Of a stretch of 64,000 nucleotides of DNA, positions 12,001 to 23,072 are shown piece by piece (positions within the stretch are counted from its first letter, which is position 1; the number at the start of each line of letters is the position of its first letter). The position numbers and the translations under genes were made by a program. This DNA comes from Guillardia theta CCMP2712. Lineage: Eukaryota; Protista; Cryptophyta. Where the stretch lies: positions 59,556-123,555 of the forward strand of contig NW_005434620.1 in assembly GCF_000315625.1 (NCBI RefSeq), in the 5' to 3' direction. Under the pieces are notes generated by a model, which was not told the origin of the DNA, did no database searches, and saw only the letters and a program-made list of their open reading frames with translations.

Positions 12001-15000
12001 GCAGAATGGATAAGCTGCTTGCTGCCACTCCAAAGCCACTGCCTGCAATTGAACTTAAAGAACTCCCTTTGGGAGCGCTGTTAAAATTCTTGAAAGAACT
12101 GATTGACCCGGAATCAAATGTGAAAGCGGTGGTCAAAGTACCCGCAATCAAGCCTAGAGTAATCGATATAGTAGAATCTTGCTTTTTTGAGTTGGCAAAT
12201 GCAGGAGAAAGGCCTGCAACAGCATTATCAGAATTCCATATTGTGCGAGGTTGGGTCGAGAATCCAATTTCTCCTCTGGGGCTGTATGCAGCTGTTCCAA
12301 GGCCGCTGCAGCTGATGTTGAAAAGTTCATATGAAACTCTTCCAAAATCTCGGACTGTGGTAAGAGAATTGCAGACAGATTTACAAGAAATCAAAGCTAT
12401 GCTGTCAAATGAAAATGCAGTTGTGGCAGTTGAAAATGTATATTCCTTGACTGTGACAACAATGGTACTGTCTCGGTCTATTTTTGCCTTGTTGGTTACC
12501 AGTAAATGAACTCCTGCAGGTGACTTGGATTGTAAAGTAGAGTCGGACAACCAAATGGTGCCTTCTGACGCGGTGACTCCCATTCTCGTGGTGATCGTAG
12601 GCTCTTCCAAGCCAAAACTTGTGCCCAGTACAGTAACACTTATTGAACCTGTCGTAGGGACATTGGGAGTAGTAGATCCAATCACCGCACCTGAATCATA
12701 AGAAACTGCCTGGGAAATCAAACCCAAACGATTTCCAGTGGTCATCAGTAAAGTGAGCTGAAATCCCTTGCCCCTTGGAGCTTGGCAGAGGGCATTGGAC
12801 ACACTCTGCCAAAAAGTTGAGCGCGTCGCGGTTTCTCCGATACGCAACCGCCCAGTATAATCCGAACGACCGAAGTTGTTTCCAACAGCAACAACATATC
12901 CGTCTTTCGGCCCTTGACCTAAGGTGGGAGCATTAGGTCGCCCAATAAAGATTGTTGCAGTTTGGCCAGCAAGAGCCAGTGGAAAGGAATAATAAGTGTA
13001 GAAAGTCCCTGTCAATGAAGGGAAGTCGTAAGATACAATTTCGGTTATTGTATCAAATCTGAGTGCAATAGTGATTGAGATATCCCTTGTTCCCGAGATC
13101 CCTGCGCTTAATTGACACCTGACAGAGGAGTCAGACTCCCACCAGCTGCTTTCTGCTGCTGTCCCACTGCAAAGGTAAAATGTTAGCAAATCTTAGATTC
13201 CGAACACAGAAGAACAAAACTACCCGACTCTCAGTCTCGGCGAGTAATCTAGCAGACCGATGATGGAAGCGTAGAGCGAAATCAAAGTACCACCTACAAC
13301 TATTCAGCTTTCGTGCAGTGAATGGAAAATCAAAGTACCACTTGTGGGCCCATTGGCATACGAAGATCCTGAGATGTGATGTACTTCAAAGGTGAAATAC
13401 GATGAGAGAGTGCCTTTCTGAAGACCTTCTGTTACAATCAGGGATTCTCCACCTGACGAAGATCCTGGTCCAGACGGTCGATTGCACAACATAGACGTAC
13501 TAGCGATCCATCTTGAAGATTCACAGGAGCTACCCCCGATTCTCGATCGTGGAGTTGAGTCATAAGATGCGAAATTGCTACCCTGAACGAGTAAAGCTTT
13601 TGAAGAACCAGTAAAATTGGTCAAACCCTGGAACACCTGAGGTGCGTCGAAACTCCAAGACTTTGAAACACTACCAGCTCGAGAACCGATTGTAAAAACG
13701 AAAGGATGCAACGTTCTCGTTCCAGAAACTTGTTGACAGAGCAAGGTAGATTCTGAAATCCATCTCGTCATTTCACACACGCTCACGCCCACTGAAGAAA
13801 CGAGAGTGTAGTCTCTAGTACCAAAAAGACTTCCATGAAGGGAAAACCGGACACTACCTGTAGTTGGTCCATTCCCTTTGGTTGGTGCAGCACTGACAAT
13901 ATACGAGGTAAAGAGTACTGGACCAAGGTACGTGAATGCCGCACTAATGCTGCCGGAAGTCACCCCAGAAGTGACAACTGCATTCCTAGTTCCCTTGATC
14001 CCTGCTGAAGCCCTACAAGTCAAGATAGTGCTTGAAACCCATGAAGTTGACTCAGTCGAAGAGCCACCGATCCTTGACCTCTCAGTTGCAAAGTAATTCG
14101 CAAAGATGTTAGCAAAGACTGTCAAATCTAGCCCTGTCTGACCACTGATCAATACATCAGAGAGCTTCAGCGTAGTCAGCTTCAACAAAGCAATCTGATC
14201 AAATGTAAATGCATCTGTCAGGGAACCAGTTGAGACATTAGTTACAAAGCAATCGTGCACTATCGGTGCAAGAGTTCCGTTGACATCCTGAACCAAAGGA
14301 CACCATCGTCCGAGTGTTACAGAAACAGTTGCCCTATGATATATAGAAAACCCTGCTTTTCCTTGAATCGTCGTGTCACTAATCCATTTGGTAAACAGAC
14401 TGTTTGTGACACCAATGCGAGCTTGTGGACTTGCATCCAGGCGATCTCCAAAATTCTTTCCAGTGATTGTGACAGTAACTTGTTGATTGCCAGCAGCATT
14501 TCGTCTGGTTGTTCCAGAAATGACTGGAAAGTCGTAGGTGAAAACAGTCGTCAAGGTAGAAAGTCTTTGTCCCGCAGTCAATGCCACTTCTCGCCAAAGG
14601 GAAACTCCACTTACAGCCTTACACGAAATTGAAGAAACAGATATCCAATTCGTTCGAGCGCACTGCGTACTCCCAATCCGCCCCCGTTCTGAGGACAGTC
14701 CACTTGTTATGTAAGTTCCGAATAAAGTAGTGTCGTTCAAACAATTTCCTGTCTCGATGCAAAGGCCAGGGAAGCTAGGATAATTAGCTGTTTGGAGGAC
14801 ATTTAGAGAGGGAGAATCATAAAGGAGTATCTTTGAACTGGTTCCCACTTTCATACCCACTGTCAACTTAACAGAGAGTGTAATGTAGGCGCGATTTTCC
14901 CGAGAATACTTAACGTGTAATGCGGTATCACTTGACCAAATTGTGAATTCAACTGAAGTTGAGGTAAACGCTTTTGGAGAACCATCAAAACGACCCAAAT

Positions 15001-16093
15001 TGATGCACTTTAGATTACCCACAACTGACAATCCATCCTTTTGTACGTTACTTGGGGTTGCGTTGACTGCAAGTGGGATATCATAAGATACTGAACGAGA
15101 CACGCTTCCTCCCGCAACCATGTCACCCGCTGTCGCCACTGTCGACCGAGAGCCGAACAATCCTGCCGCGGCTCTGCAATGCAACAAAGTATTTGACAGC
15201 CAACTCGTCGCAGCAACAGCCGAACCTCCCATTCCTGCACTTGGAGTGAAGTCCATCTCAGAAAAATGGCTGCCAACCACAAATATGGAGCCATCATTCG
15301 GTTGGTATTGAGGAGATGGTGGCAAATTTGTATCGCCTATGACAAAATCAACTTTGAGAAATTGGACGTAGATGTGCCAAAGAACTCCTGAGGATGCAGC
15401 AGTATCATATGAATAAATTTCAGTGGTTGTTCCTACAATTGTGCTGTCGGTGACTCGAATGGAAATGGATGACTGCCTTCCACTAACACGTTTCGCAGAG
15501 ATCGATGATGAGGAAATCCATCTAGAAACCTCAAAAGCTGTACCACCCACACGTGCTTTTTCAGTCACATCTTTGACACCAATATAACTTCCGTAGATAG
15601 TCATCACAGACGTTACGGCATTATCGTGATTGACTGCCCACACAGTTTGATTGCCACTAGGATGAATAGCAGGCAAATCAAACGTAAAAGCTTCTGTGAT
15701 GGTATTCTTCGATGTTTGAATGCTAACAGTGGCTGAAAGCGTGATAGACGAACCCGCAGGAACCATTCCATGGAGATTCGTGTCCGAAGACCAGATCGTG
15801 TCCTCTGACTTTGTAACCCCGAATCGCATGCTCGGAGTAGCATCTCCTTTCCCGAATCCTATGCCAAAAATGCTTGCATATGCGGAGCCAGTAGAGGGAT
15901 AATTTGCTGAATGATTGAAGACAAAGCAATCTGACGATGGACCAGAATACAGTAGCAGGGAACGACGGGAATGAACAAAGTCCCCTATTTCGCCAGAATA
16001 ATTCTGAGCTGCATCTAAACATGCAAAGGAAAACAAAAGCGCATAAAACTTTAGCAAGGCATGGTGCGAGGAGGTAAAGTGAAACTTGGACAT
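1..16093 (-). CDS. Giant secreted/surface protein (>5,000 aa, 3' end outside window) of ~85-95 aa IPT/TIG-like repeats with a central G-x-G-Y repeat module; multi-exon
   Basis: ORFs 13304-16093 and 7790-13189, plus an unlisted reading frame from 5518 to the window edge (same frame at 5516 and at 260; stop-free where translated). They are joined by GT-AG introns, e.g. 13338-13294, 7079-7015 and ~5569-5519. The N-terminus is a hydrophobic signal peptide followed by RRSLL. The repeat consensus N-x-P-x-TGSxxxTxxGxxFG...RxGxTxCExTxWxSxTxxxC...G...xxTxG...TxxFSYD matches the IPT/TIG pattern. Confidence 0.8.
1654..2189. repeat. Perfect in-frame 258-bp tandem duplication (one 86-aa IPT-like unit, ~2.1 copies)
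   Basis: gtccacacggacgactcgca starts at 1654, 1912 and 2170, and the intervening sequence is identical. Confidence 0.95.
7024..7077. repeat. 18-bp perfect inverted repeat filling a 65-nt intron
   Basis: aaaataagcatcattaaa (7024-7041) is the reverse complement of tttaatgatgcttatttt (7060-7077). The minus-strand intron runs from 7079 (GT) to 7015 (AG). Confidence 0.9.
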
Positions 16094-17218
16094 CTAGGAT
16101 CCCACTTGCCGGTCAGCCCTCAGTACAGGCTCCCATCACAACCAACCTCATGGCCGAACTCCATCGCAATGCAGACGGTCAGAAGCCACCAGCTACCAGA
16201 TCTTCTCCTCGGGCCCTCAAGCAGCAAGCATGAGCAGCTGCATTGACGCCTCCCCCCTTGCCCTGCAGCAGCGTTGCTTGACTACCCGCCTCACGCGACC
16301 CCCATTCCATTGGGACCCCCTGAGCGCATTAGCCAAGTAGGGGTGTTATCCCTTGGGGGTGGTGGACCCTCCTCGAAGGGCCTTGACCGCGGCATGTGCG
16401 CCTTGCTAGTCAGGATCTACGCGGAATCATTGAATCCCAACCCGCCTCAGAGGTTCCTCAAAATTGAGTTAACTGATTATGATCCGAGGCCGTTACAACC
16501 GTTGAACCGCGGGACTTGGCGATCGGGACGACAGAGTAGAACTGAAACTCAGCATCAGACTCATCATTGCCACTGGAGTTCAACGGTTGTGACTTCCTTT
16601 GTCACCATCCTGTCAAAGTCATGACGACTCGGACGGAGCCGTCACTCATAAGTTTCACTGAGTCACGTTTAGCCTTCACGTGACGGTACCGTTTGCGGCC
16701 AAAGTTGAATGCAGACATGCGATATCAACCTTACTAACTGAGTTGTAACAAGACAGTTTTTGCTCAAGACCGAGTTTAATGCACACGAAACCAGAATTGA
16801 GGAGCCTCACATCACTGTGACATGAATGAGAAATAGCCAAGAAGTTTGGCGTCTTAGAAGTACTGATGAGGGGCTGTATTCACCAGCAACTGGTCTGGCC
16901 CCGGTCACGGCTGAGAACTGAGTGCGCCAGGTCGCCCCGGCTGCTTGTACATGTCAGTACAACGTTGAACAGTACTGATTTCTGGTTCGGAGTAGAGGTT
17001 TTCGCTGCCTATTCCTTTCTTGTAGTCTCTTGATGAGGCGGACTCGTTGATTTACCCTTTCCTCCCTAGCTGGATCTGCTTGTCCTTCCACTTAAGTAAA
17101 AGGTATGATTTTGATTGACGGCGGGAGAGCGGCTTTTATGGCTTATTATTAGCAGGATGTGTGCAAGGTAATGGGGGAGATGCGGAAGCCATGAGTGGAA
17201 CCATGAGCAGAGCAACAT

Positions 17219-20200
17219 GTGGTTGAAGCCATGAGCAGAGCAACAGGTGAAGCCATGAATTTTCAGAGCAAGAAACACTTGTTTGAATCCTCGTCCTCGA
17301 TGTTCACCACTATGAATGATCCAAATGATCCAAAGCTGATCTTCATCTCGTTCAGACATTTCACTGGCAGTGAATTTCGCAAGACTCTGTGGAGTTGGGT
17401 TGCGATGTCCCTGGCTCTTCCCTCAAATCGAGTTCGTGTCACCAGCAGACTCTCCAGTCAAGACAATGAGAAATCGACATGGGCTGTTCTCGTCTTGCCC
17501 AGTAGAGAACGAAACAAGGTCGATCAAAGAAAAACTTGCGACCTTGCTGTTGAGTTTTTGAGCCAAGTTTTTGATCCCCAGAGTCCATTTCGGAAATGGT
17601 GTGGTGACATTGAGGTTATTGATGCGAAGATAATCGAACAAGATGAAAGCACGGATGAGGAATTTCGAAAAGCTCTGATATTGTCAAAACATCAGATGAG
17701 GTTGCTAATGTCAACTTATAATGGACTTAGGCTCTACACTTGGACGAAAGTGACAGAGGTTTGGAAGAGAAAACTTGTTGACGTTTTCCAAATCAAATCG
17801 TTCTGCATGCATCTTGTCAGCTCAAATCCTGCTGTCACCTCTCAGACAATGAGAACAGGCGTATTCTGCCAAGGCCTGTATCGGATTCTATTTGTCATAT
17901 TAACTCGTTGGAAGCAATCATATATGAGGATCAGACACATTCGAATGGCAATACAAATCTTACATTCGAACAGGGCACTCAAAGCAAAATTCTTTTGGCT
18001 CAAAGCGCTCTCCTGGGTAGTCCACCATAAGATTAAGATTTCAAAGAAAGTTACACGATCAGTTGTCAAAAGGATGGCTGCAATTCTCGCGCATGTGATT
18101 GACAGTTGGATGCTTCTTTGCCGAAGAAAACAAGTTCTTAAGAGAGCCTCATCGAGCCTCCAGTCCAAAGCTCAAATTTTACGTCGAAGTTCTACTTATG
18201 AAATTTTTGAGAGATGGAGAAAATGTCGTGCGCTCAAGAATTCCCTTTCTGTTAGCGCAATCTTATCCAAGTACACAAAACTCTTGCACATGCATAAGTA
18301 TCTCGACTCCTTGAAAATCTACACTGCATCCAATTGTTATCACCGCAAAATTGAAATGGTCGTCATTTTTAGAAAGCAGCATCGTATTCAATCCATGATG
18401 TTTAGAATATGGCTCAAAACGATCTCAGTACGGAGGGTTGTGATTTCGTTCAGATGGAAGTTGAAATTCAAACGCATGCAACTTAATTTTACTGAATGGC
18501 TATATATGATGCTTTTCTTGCGTCGCAAGAGGTCTGTTCTGGTCTTGTTTCATTCGGGAAGAACATCAAAGCTGATGGCAGCCTGCTTTGACTTGTTTCT
18601 TTCTTTGTTGAAGTTGAAAAAATGTTCCTCAAAGTTGTCCACAAGAGTTATCAAGAAAAGAAAGCTTTCTACCATGCATAAGTTGTGTGCAGTTTGTTCG
18701 AGAGAAAGGCGATGGAAGAGTTGGATTTACAAAATGTATTGTAAGACGCGTTGGAACCTGCAAGTTTCTTGCTTTCGTGCGTGGAGAAGATACTGCATTC
18801 GTTCTCGACAGAAGCGAATCAAGACCTCAGAGTTCGTGAAGAAGAATAAATATGGTTTCAAGAAATGTTATCTGGATGCATGGTCTGACTTATGCCTGCA
18901 ATTCAAACATGAAATCTCGGTTTCAAATCACTGTATAAAACTTTCGGTTTTCAATGCTTGGGCTAGACATGCTACTGCTCTGGTCTCTTTGACTACCAGA
19001 AGAGTACAGAGCATCGTGAACCTTGCTACAAGTCTTCAGATATTACAGAGACGACATATGTCAATATGGATTATGTTGTGGAGGTCGAAACGTATCGTAA
19101 GAACGACTGTCGCTGGTATCCATCGACGAGTCAAATCACACGTACTTAAAAATTGTATTTTGAGTTGGCAGGGTTCAAAAAGACGAATGTTCGATACCTG
19201 TCGGATCTTGCATGCACGAGGTCTAAAACTTAATTCTTCATTTGTTTGCAGTTGCTGTAGCACTTCCATGCAGAATAGACCGACAGCCTGCATTGAATCA
19301 CTTATTCGGGTGAAAATTCTTCATTCATCTTTCTTCCAACTTCTCCGAGAGTTCAAATTTTCGAAGCACTTATCAAACGACGCTTGTCAGCAGGGTTCAG
19401 AGATTCTTAGACATCAATATCTAACATTGATTTCACACTGGTTCTCTCTAAATCACCGCTCCAGGCAAACGAGACACTTCAAGAGCCTCATCTCACTCAA
19501 GTCCGACTTAACTAGAAGCAAAACATCTTTGCGTCAATGGTGGGAGAGAGCACAAAGATCGAGGGGAGCTCGCAAGGTGTGCAAGCAGGTACTGACGCGG
19601 ATGCGGATGCTTGGAGCCAGTCGAGCAATCAACTCGTGGCGACACCGCACAGAGGTAGCGATAAGCCTCAGGCATGTCAGCCTGCGATCTCGATCCGCGA
19701 TTTGCCGGAAGACGATGCGGTCATGGAGGGAGTGTGCGGGCGAGCTGGTCCGAATGAGGGGGGTGGCCGCCCGCATACGGTCGTGGGGACACGATCGATG
19801 CGTCGGGAAGACCTGGTTACGTTGGCAGGAGAGCATATGGGAGCAGCGAAGGTACCGGAAGGCAGCGCTACGAGTCAGAGCACGGATGGCACACATAGCA
19901 GAAGGGCGTGCGTTTTGGAGCTGGTGGGAGAGAGCACAAAGATCGAGGGGAGCTCGCAAGGTGTGCAAGCAGGTACTGACGCGGATGCGGATGCTTGGAG
20001 CCAGTCGAGCAATCAACTCGTGGCGACACCGCACAGAGGTAGCGATAAGCCTCAGGCATGTCAGCCTGCGATCTCGATCCGCGATTTGCCGGAAGACGAT
20101 GCGGTCATGGAGGGAGTGTGCGGGCGAGCTGGTCCGAATGAGGGGGGTGGCCGCCCGCATACGGTCGTGGGGACACGATCGATGCGTCGGGAAGACCTGG

Positions 20201-22945
20201 TTACGTTGGCAGGAGAGCATATGGGAGCAGCGAAGGTACCGGAAGGCAGCGCTACGAGTCAGAGCACGGATGGCACACATAGCAGAAGGGCGTGCGCTCA
20301 ATTCATGGAAGGATGCTGTATTTCTTGGGCAGCATGGAAGAGCTTCAAGGGATTGTTTCCGAAAATCGTCGGATTTGAAAGTTTTGTCAGGAGTATTTCT
20401 GAGATGGTTTGATTTGCATTTGACACAATGGAGAATTTCAAGGAGCAAAGCTGCAATATTTTCAAATATCTTCTCACATTCTATGACATTGTTTTGTGTT
20501 TGGAAGGAAGTGTCCATTTCCCGCAGCTTCTTGAGAAAGAGAGTCCAGCAAGTATGGCAGCGAAAGTATTATTTGTTGTTAGAACGTTGTGTTAAAACAT
20601 GGAAGTGGTTTCTTGACAGCTCAAAGGATATTGACATATCCTGTCAGGAAATGGTGAGCAAACATGTTGAGCAATACATCTTGTCTATCTGTCTGGAATG
20701 GTATCATCATACGTATATCTGTAATAGACGACGCAGAGCGTACATCCAATTGATCAGGCTGATTCAGGACATTTCTAAATCACAGCGTTTCTTTTGTTGG
20801 AAAGGGTTCAGTCGACGAAGACTGGATTTATTTTGGATTGAACAGCATGCTTCAAAAATACAGGGCAACAGAACAGCTCGAGCAAAGCTAAAATGCTGGA
20901 AAGTTCTTCTTTTTGCGAGAGAAGCGCAATCAAAACTCTGGATAAAACTGGTTCCAAATTGTGTCAGGCGCTGTAGGTTTGCATGGTTCATCTTATGGAA
21001 ATCCCTATCACGCCATGGTCGATTTCATTTGACTCAACAATTGATTTTACACAACAGTATCATTCGAAGGAATCTCAGCAGAAAATTATTGTCGTGGAAT
21101 ATTACAACAAGTAAAGCAAAGATTCGAAAAAGAATTTTGCTTCATTTTCTTTCTCGGAGAAAATGCTTTTGTTTATTGTATTATTTCTCCTTCTGGATGT
21201 CAAGAAAGAGGCAAATATTTTCGATTCTCAAGAACGGATCATCTCTGTACTGGAGAGCAATACAAAAGCATCTGCGAAATGCTTTTGCAGCATGGAATAC
21301 ATCGAAGAATCGAGTAAAGCATACTCAATTAGTGCAGAATCGTCTCAGCTCAAGTTACAAAAGGCGGTTAAAAATCATTGTCCTCCGTCGTTGGAGGGAG
21401 CATTATCAGGTGAGAAGAAAATTGGCGCTATTTGTAAATGGTATGCAATCAAGAGCATCGCTCAATTCAGAGTATGCAGTATTTCAGAAATGGTGGAAGT
21501 ATGTGGTTCCTAGCTCTGAATCTCAAGAGAAGCAAATTGTCTTTTCAGCATTAGGAGTACATAGGGCCAGTGTGAGGATTTTTGGTGCTTGGGTCCATCG
21601 TACAGTCAGCATCCGGAGGCTTGAGTGGCAGATCGATGAACAAACATTTCAGCTTTCCTTCTTTTTGCTCAAGAAAATCATGCTGAGCTGGAAGATATGG
21701 TCCGATATTCATAGTCTCTTCCTCAAGTCTCACACGTTGCTTTCTGTGAGACAACAAAAATTGTATTACAAACAAATGATTTTTTACCTCTGGAAGGAAT
21801 TCTGCAGATTCTATCAGAGCCTCTCAAGATTTGCTGATATACTTTTGCATGCGAAGACCAAGATTTACAATGTTTGGACTTTGAGTGATTGGTTTATAGG
21901 CCATGCTATCTTGAAGCATGGCAATCTCAAGCAGCTCAGATTCGAGAGGCAAGCGACGACGGCCCAGCCCATGGAGAAACTTCTTCCCGAGGACCTTGGA
22001 TCGGGTTCTGGCTCATGCTTGCAGTTGAGCACCTCAGGTCCATCTATCTCGAGCGTCTTGTTGTCAAAGGTTGAAACACCGCGAGCAGAGATCGATTTGA
22101 TCCCAAGAACTGCAGCCGTTGAGAAAGTTCTGAAGTTTGTTTATGACCACGATGAGGACTGCTGGAGAAGTTTCGAGCAGCACGTTCTCTTTGCGAGCAG
22201 ACCTTTGACAAGGGATAAGAGATATGAGTCATACATGACATGGGAAGTGAACCATGATTTCACGCTGGATGATTCAATTTTCATCTCCAAGTGGCCCATC
22301 CCCAGGGCGTCTAAATCAGGTTCGGCTCATTCGGATTCGCCTTTCAATCGCGCTATCATGCAGGCAATTACATGCTTTAGTATCAGAGGGATGCTGACTT
22401 CGATGTACAGGTGCTGGCATCAGACTACGCGAACATGTTACACCTGCAAGGGGTGGAACCTAAGCTGGAGTTCTTGCAGATGGGGGTCTTGAAGCTGGTC
22501 GATCGCGATGGCCTCTTGATCAATTACGAGCAGTTCGTACCCAACCTGATGGAGGAGAGTGGAGACCCTGACTCACGTCATGTGAGCGACGTGATCGAAG
22601 CATTCATGCATTTCACTTGGAAAGCAAGTAACCGACGATTCTTGGTCTCGAGCGTAAAGCGAGCTGGAAAATATCTCATTTGTTGGAGCATTCAATCTGT
22701 AGAAAATTTGGAATTCGGAGCAGGTAACTGAAATCTTCCATGAGTTCGAATCTTTGAATCTGATGTACAGGAGATAAAGGACTTTCTGCGATCAGGTTCC
22801 TTGTTCTTGTGTATGCTATTTGATTTGACCTGACTGTGTTTGAAGGGATTTCTTTGAAATGCACAAGTGCAACAAAATCTGCGACCAGTTGCACCTTGAA
22901 AGTTGCAAGTTGACTATGCAAGGCAACGGTCTGAGTCCTTGTTGA
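17219..22945 (+). CDS. Sfi1-like (centrin-binding type) Trp-repeat protein with a C-terminal degenerate alpha-kinase domain; true start uncertain
   Basis: The 1757-aa ORF has dozens of basic helical [F/L]xxW repeats (AFWSWWE, AFAAWNT, VFNAWAR). Splicing 22364-22410 (GC-AG), 22724-22770 and 22796-22845 gives MQVLASDYANML...EAFMHFTWKASNRRFLVSSVKRAGKYLICWSIQSVENLEFGAGDKGLSAIRDFFEMHKCNKICDQLHL, which follows the eEF2K/MHCK alpha-kinase C-lobe. Stop codon at 22943-22945. Confidence 0.75.
19538..20296. repeat. Perfect in-frame 384-bp (128-aa) tandem duplication within the Sfi1-like repeats
   Basis: tggtgggagagagcacaaag starts at 19538 and 19922, and identity runs to 20296. The block is visibly GC-richer than the flanking exon. 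Confidence 0.95.
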
Positions 22946-23072
22946 TGTTGACCTCGTAAATGATCATGTACGTACTGGGAGACTGAAGCTAATCATATGA
23001 AGTAAAAATGAGAAGTGAATGAGGATTGAAATCTGTCTTCCACTGGTTCTCAACCATTGTTTCCCTCGAGGA

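Noticed and set aside
844-15902. Numerous short + strand ORFs
   Set aside because: Antisense shadows of the giant minus-strand gene with no independent coding features.
19534-20517. Long overlapping ORFs (291 aa + and 327 aa -) as dual-coding genes
   Set aside because: They are confined to the GC-rich duplicated block, where stop codons are scarce and the open stretch is doubled. No domain signal.
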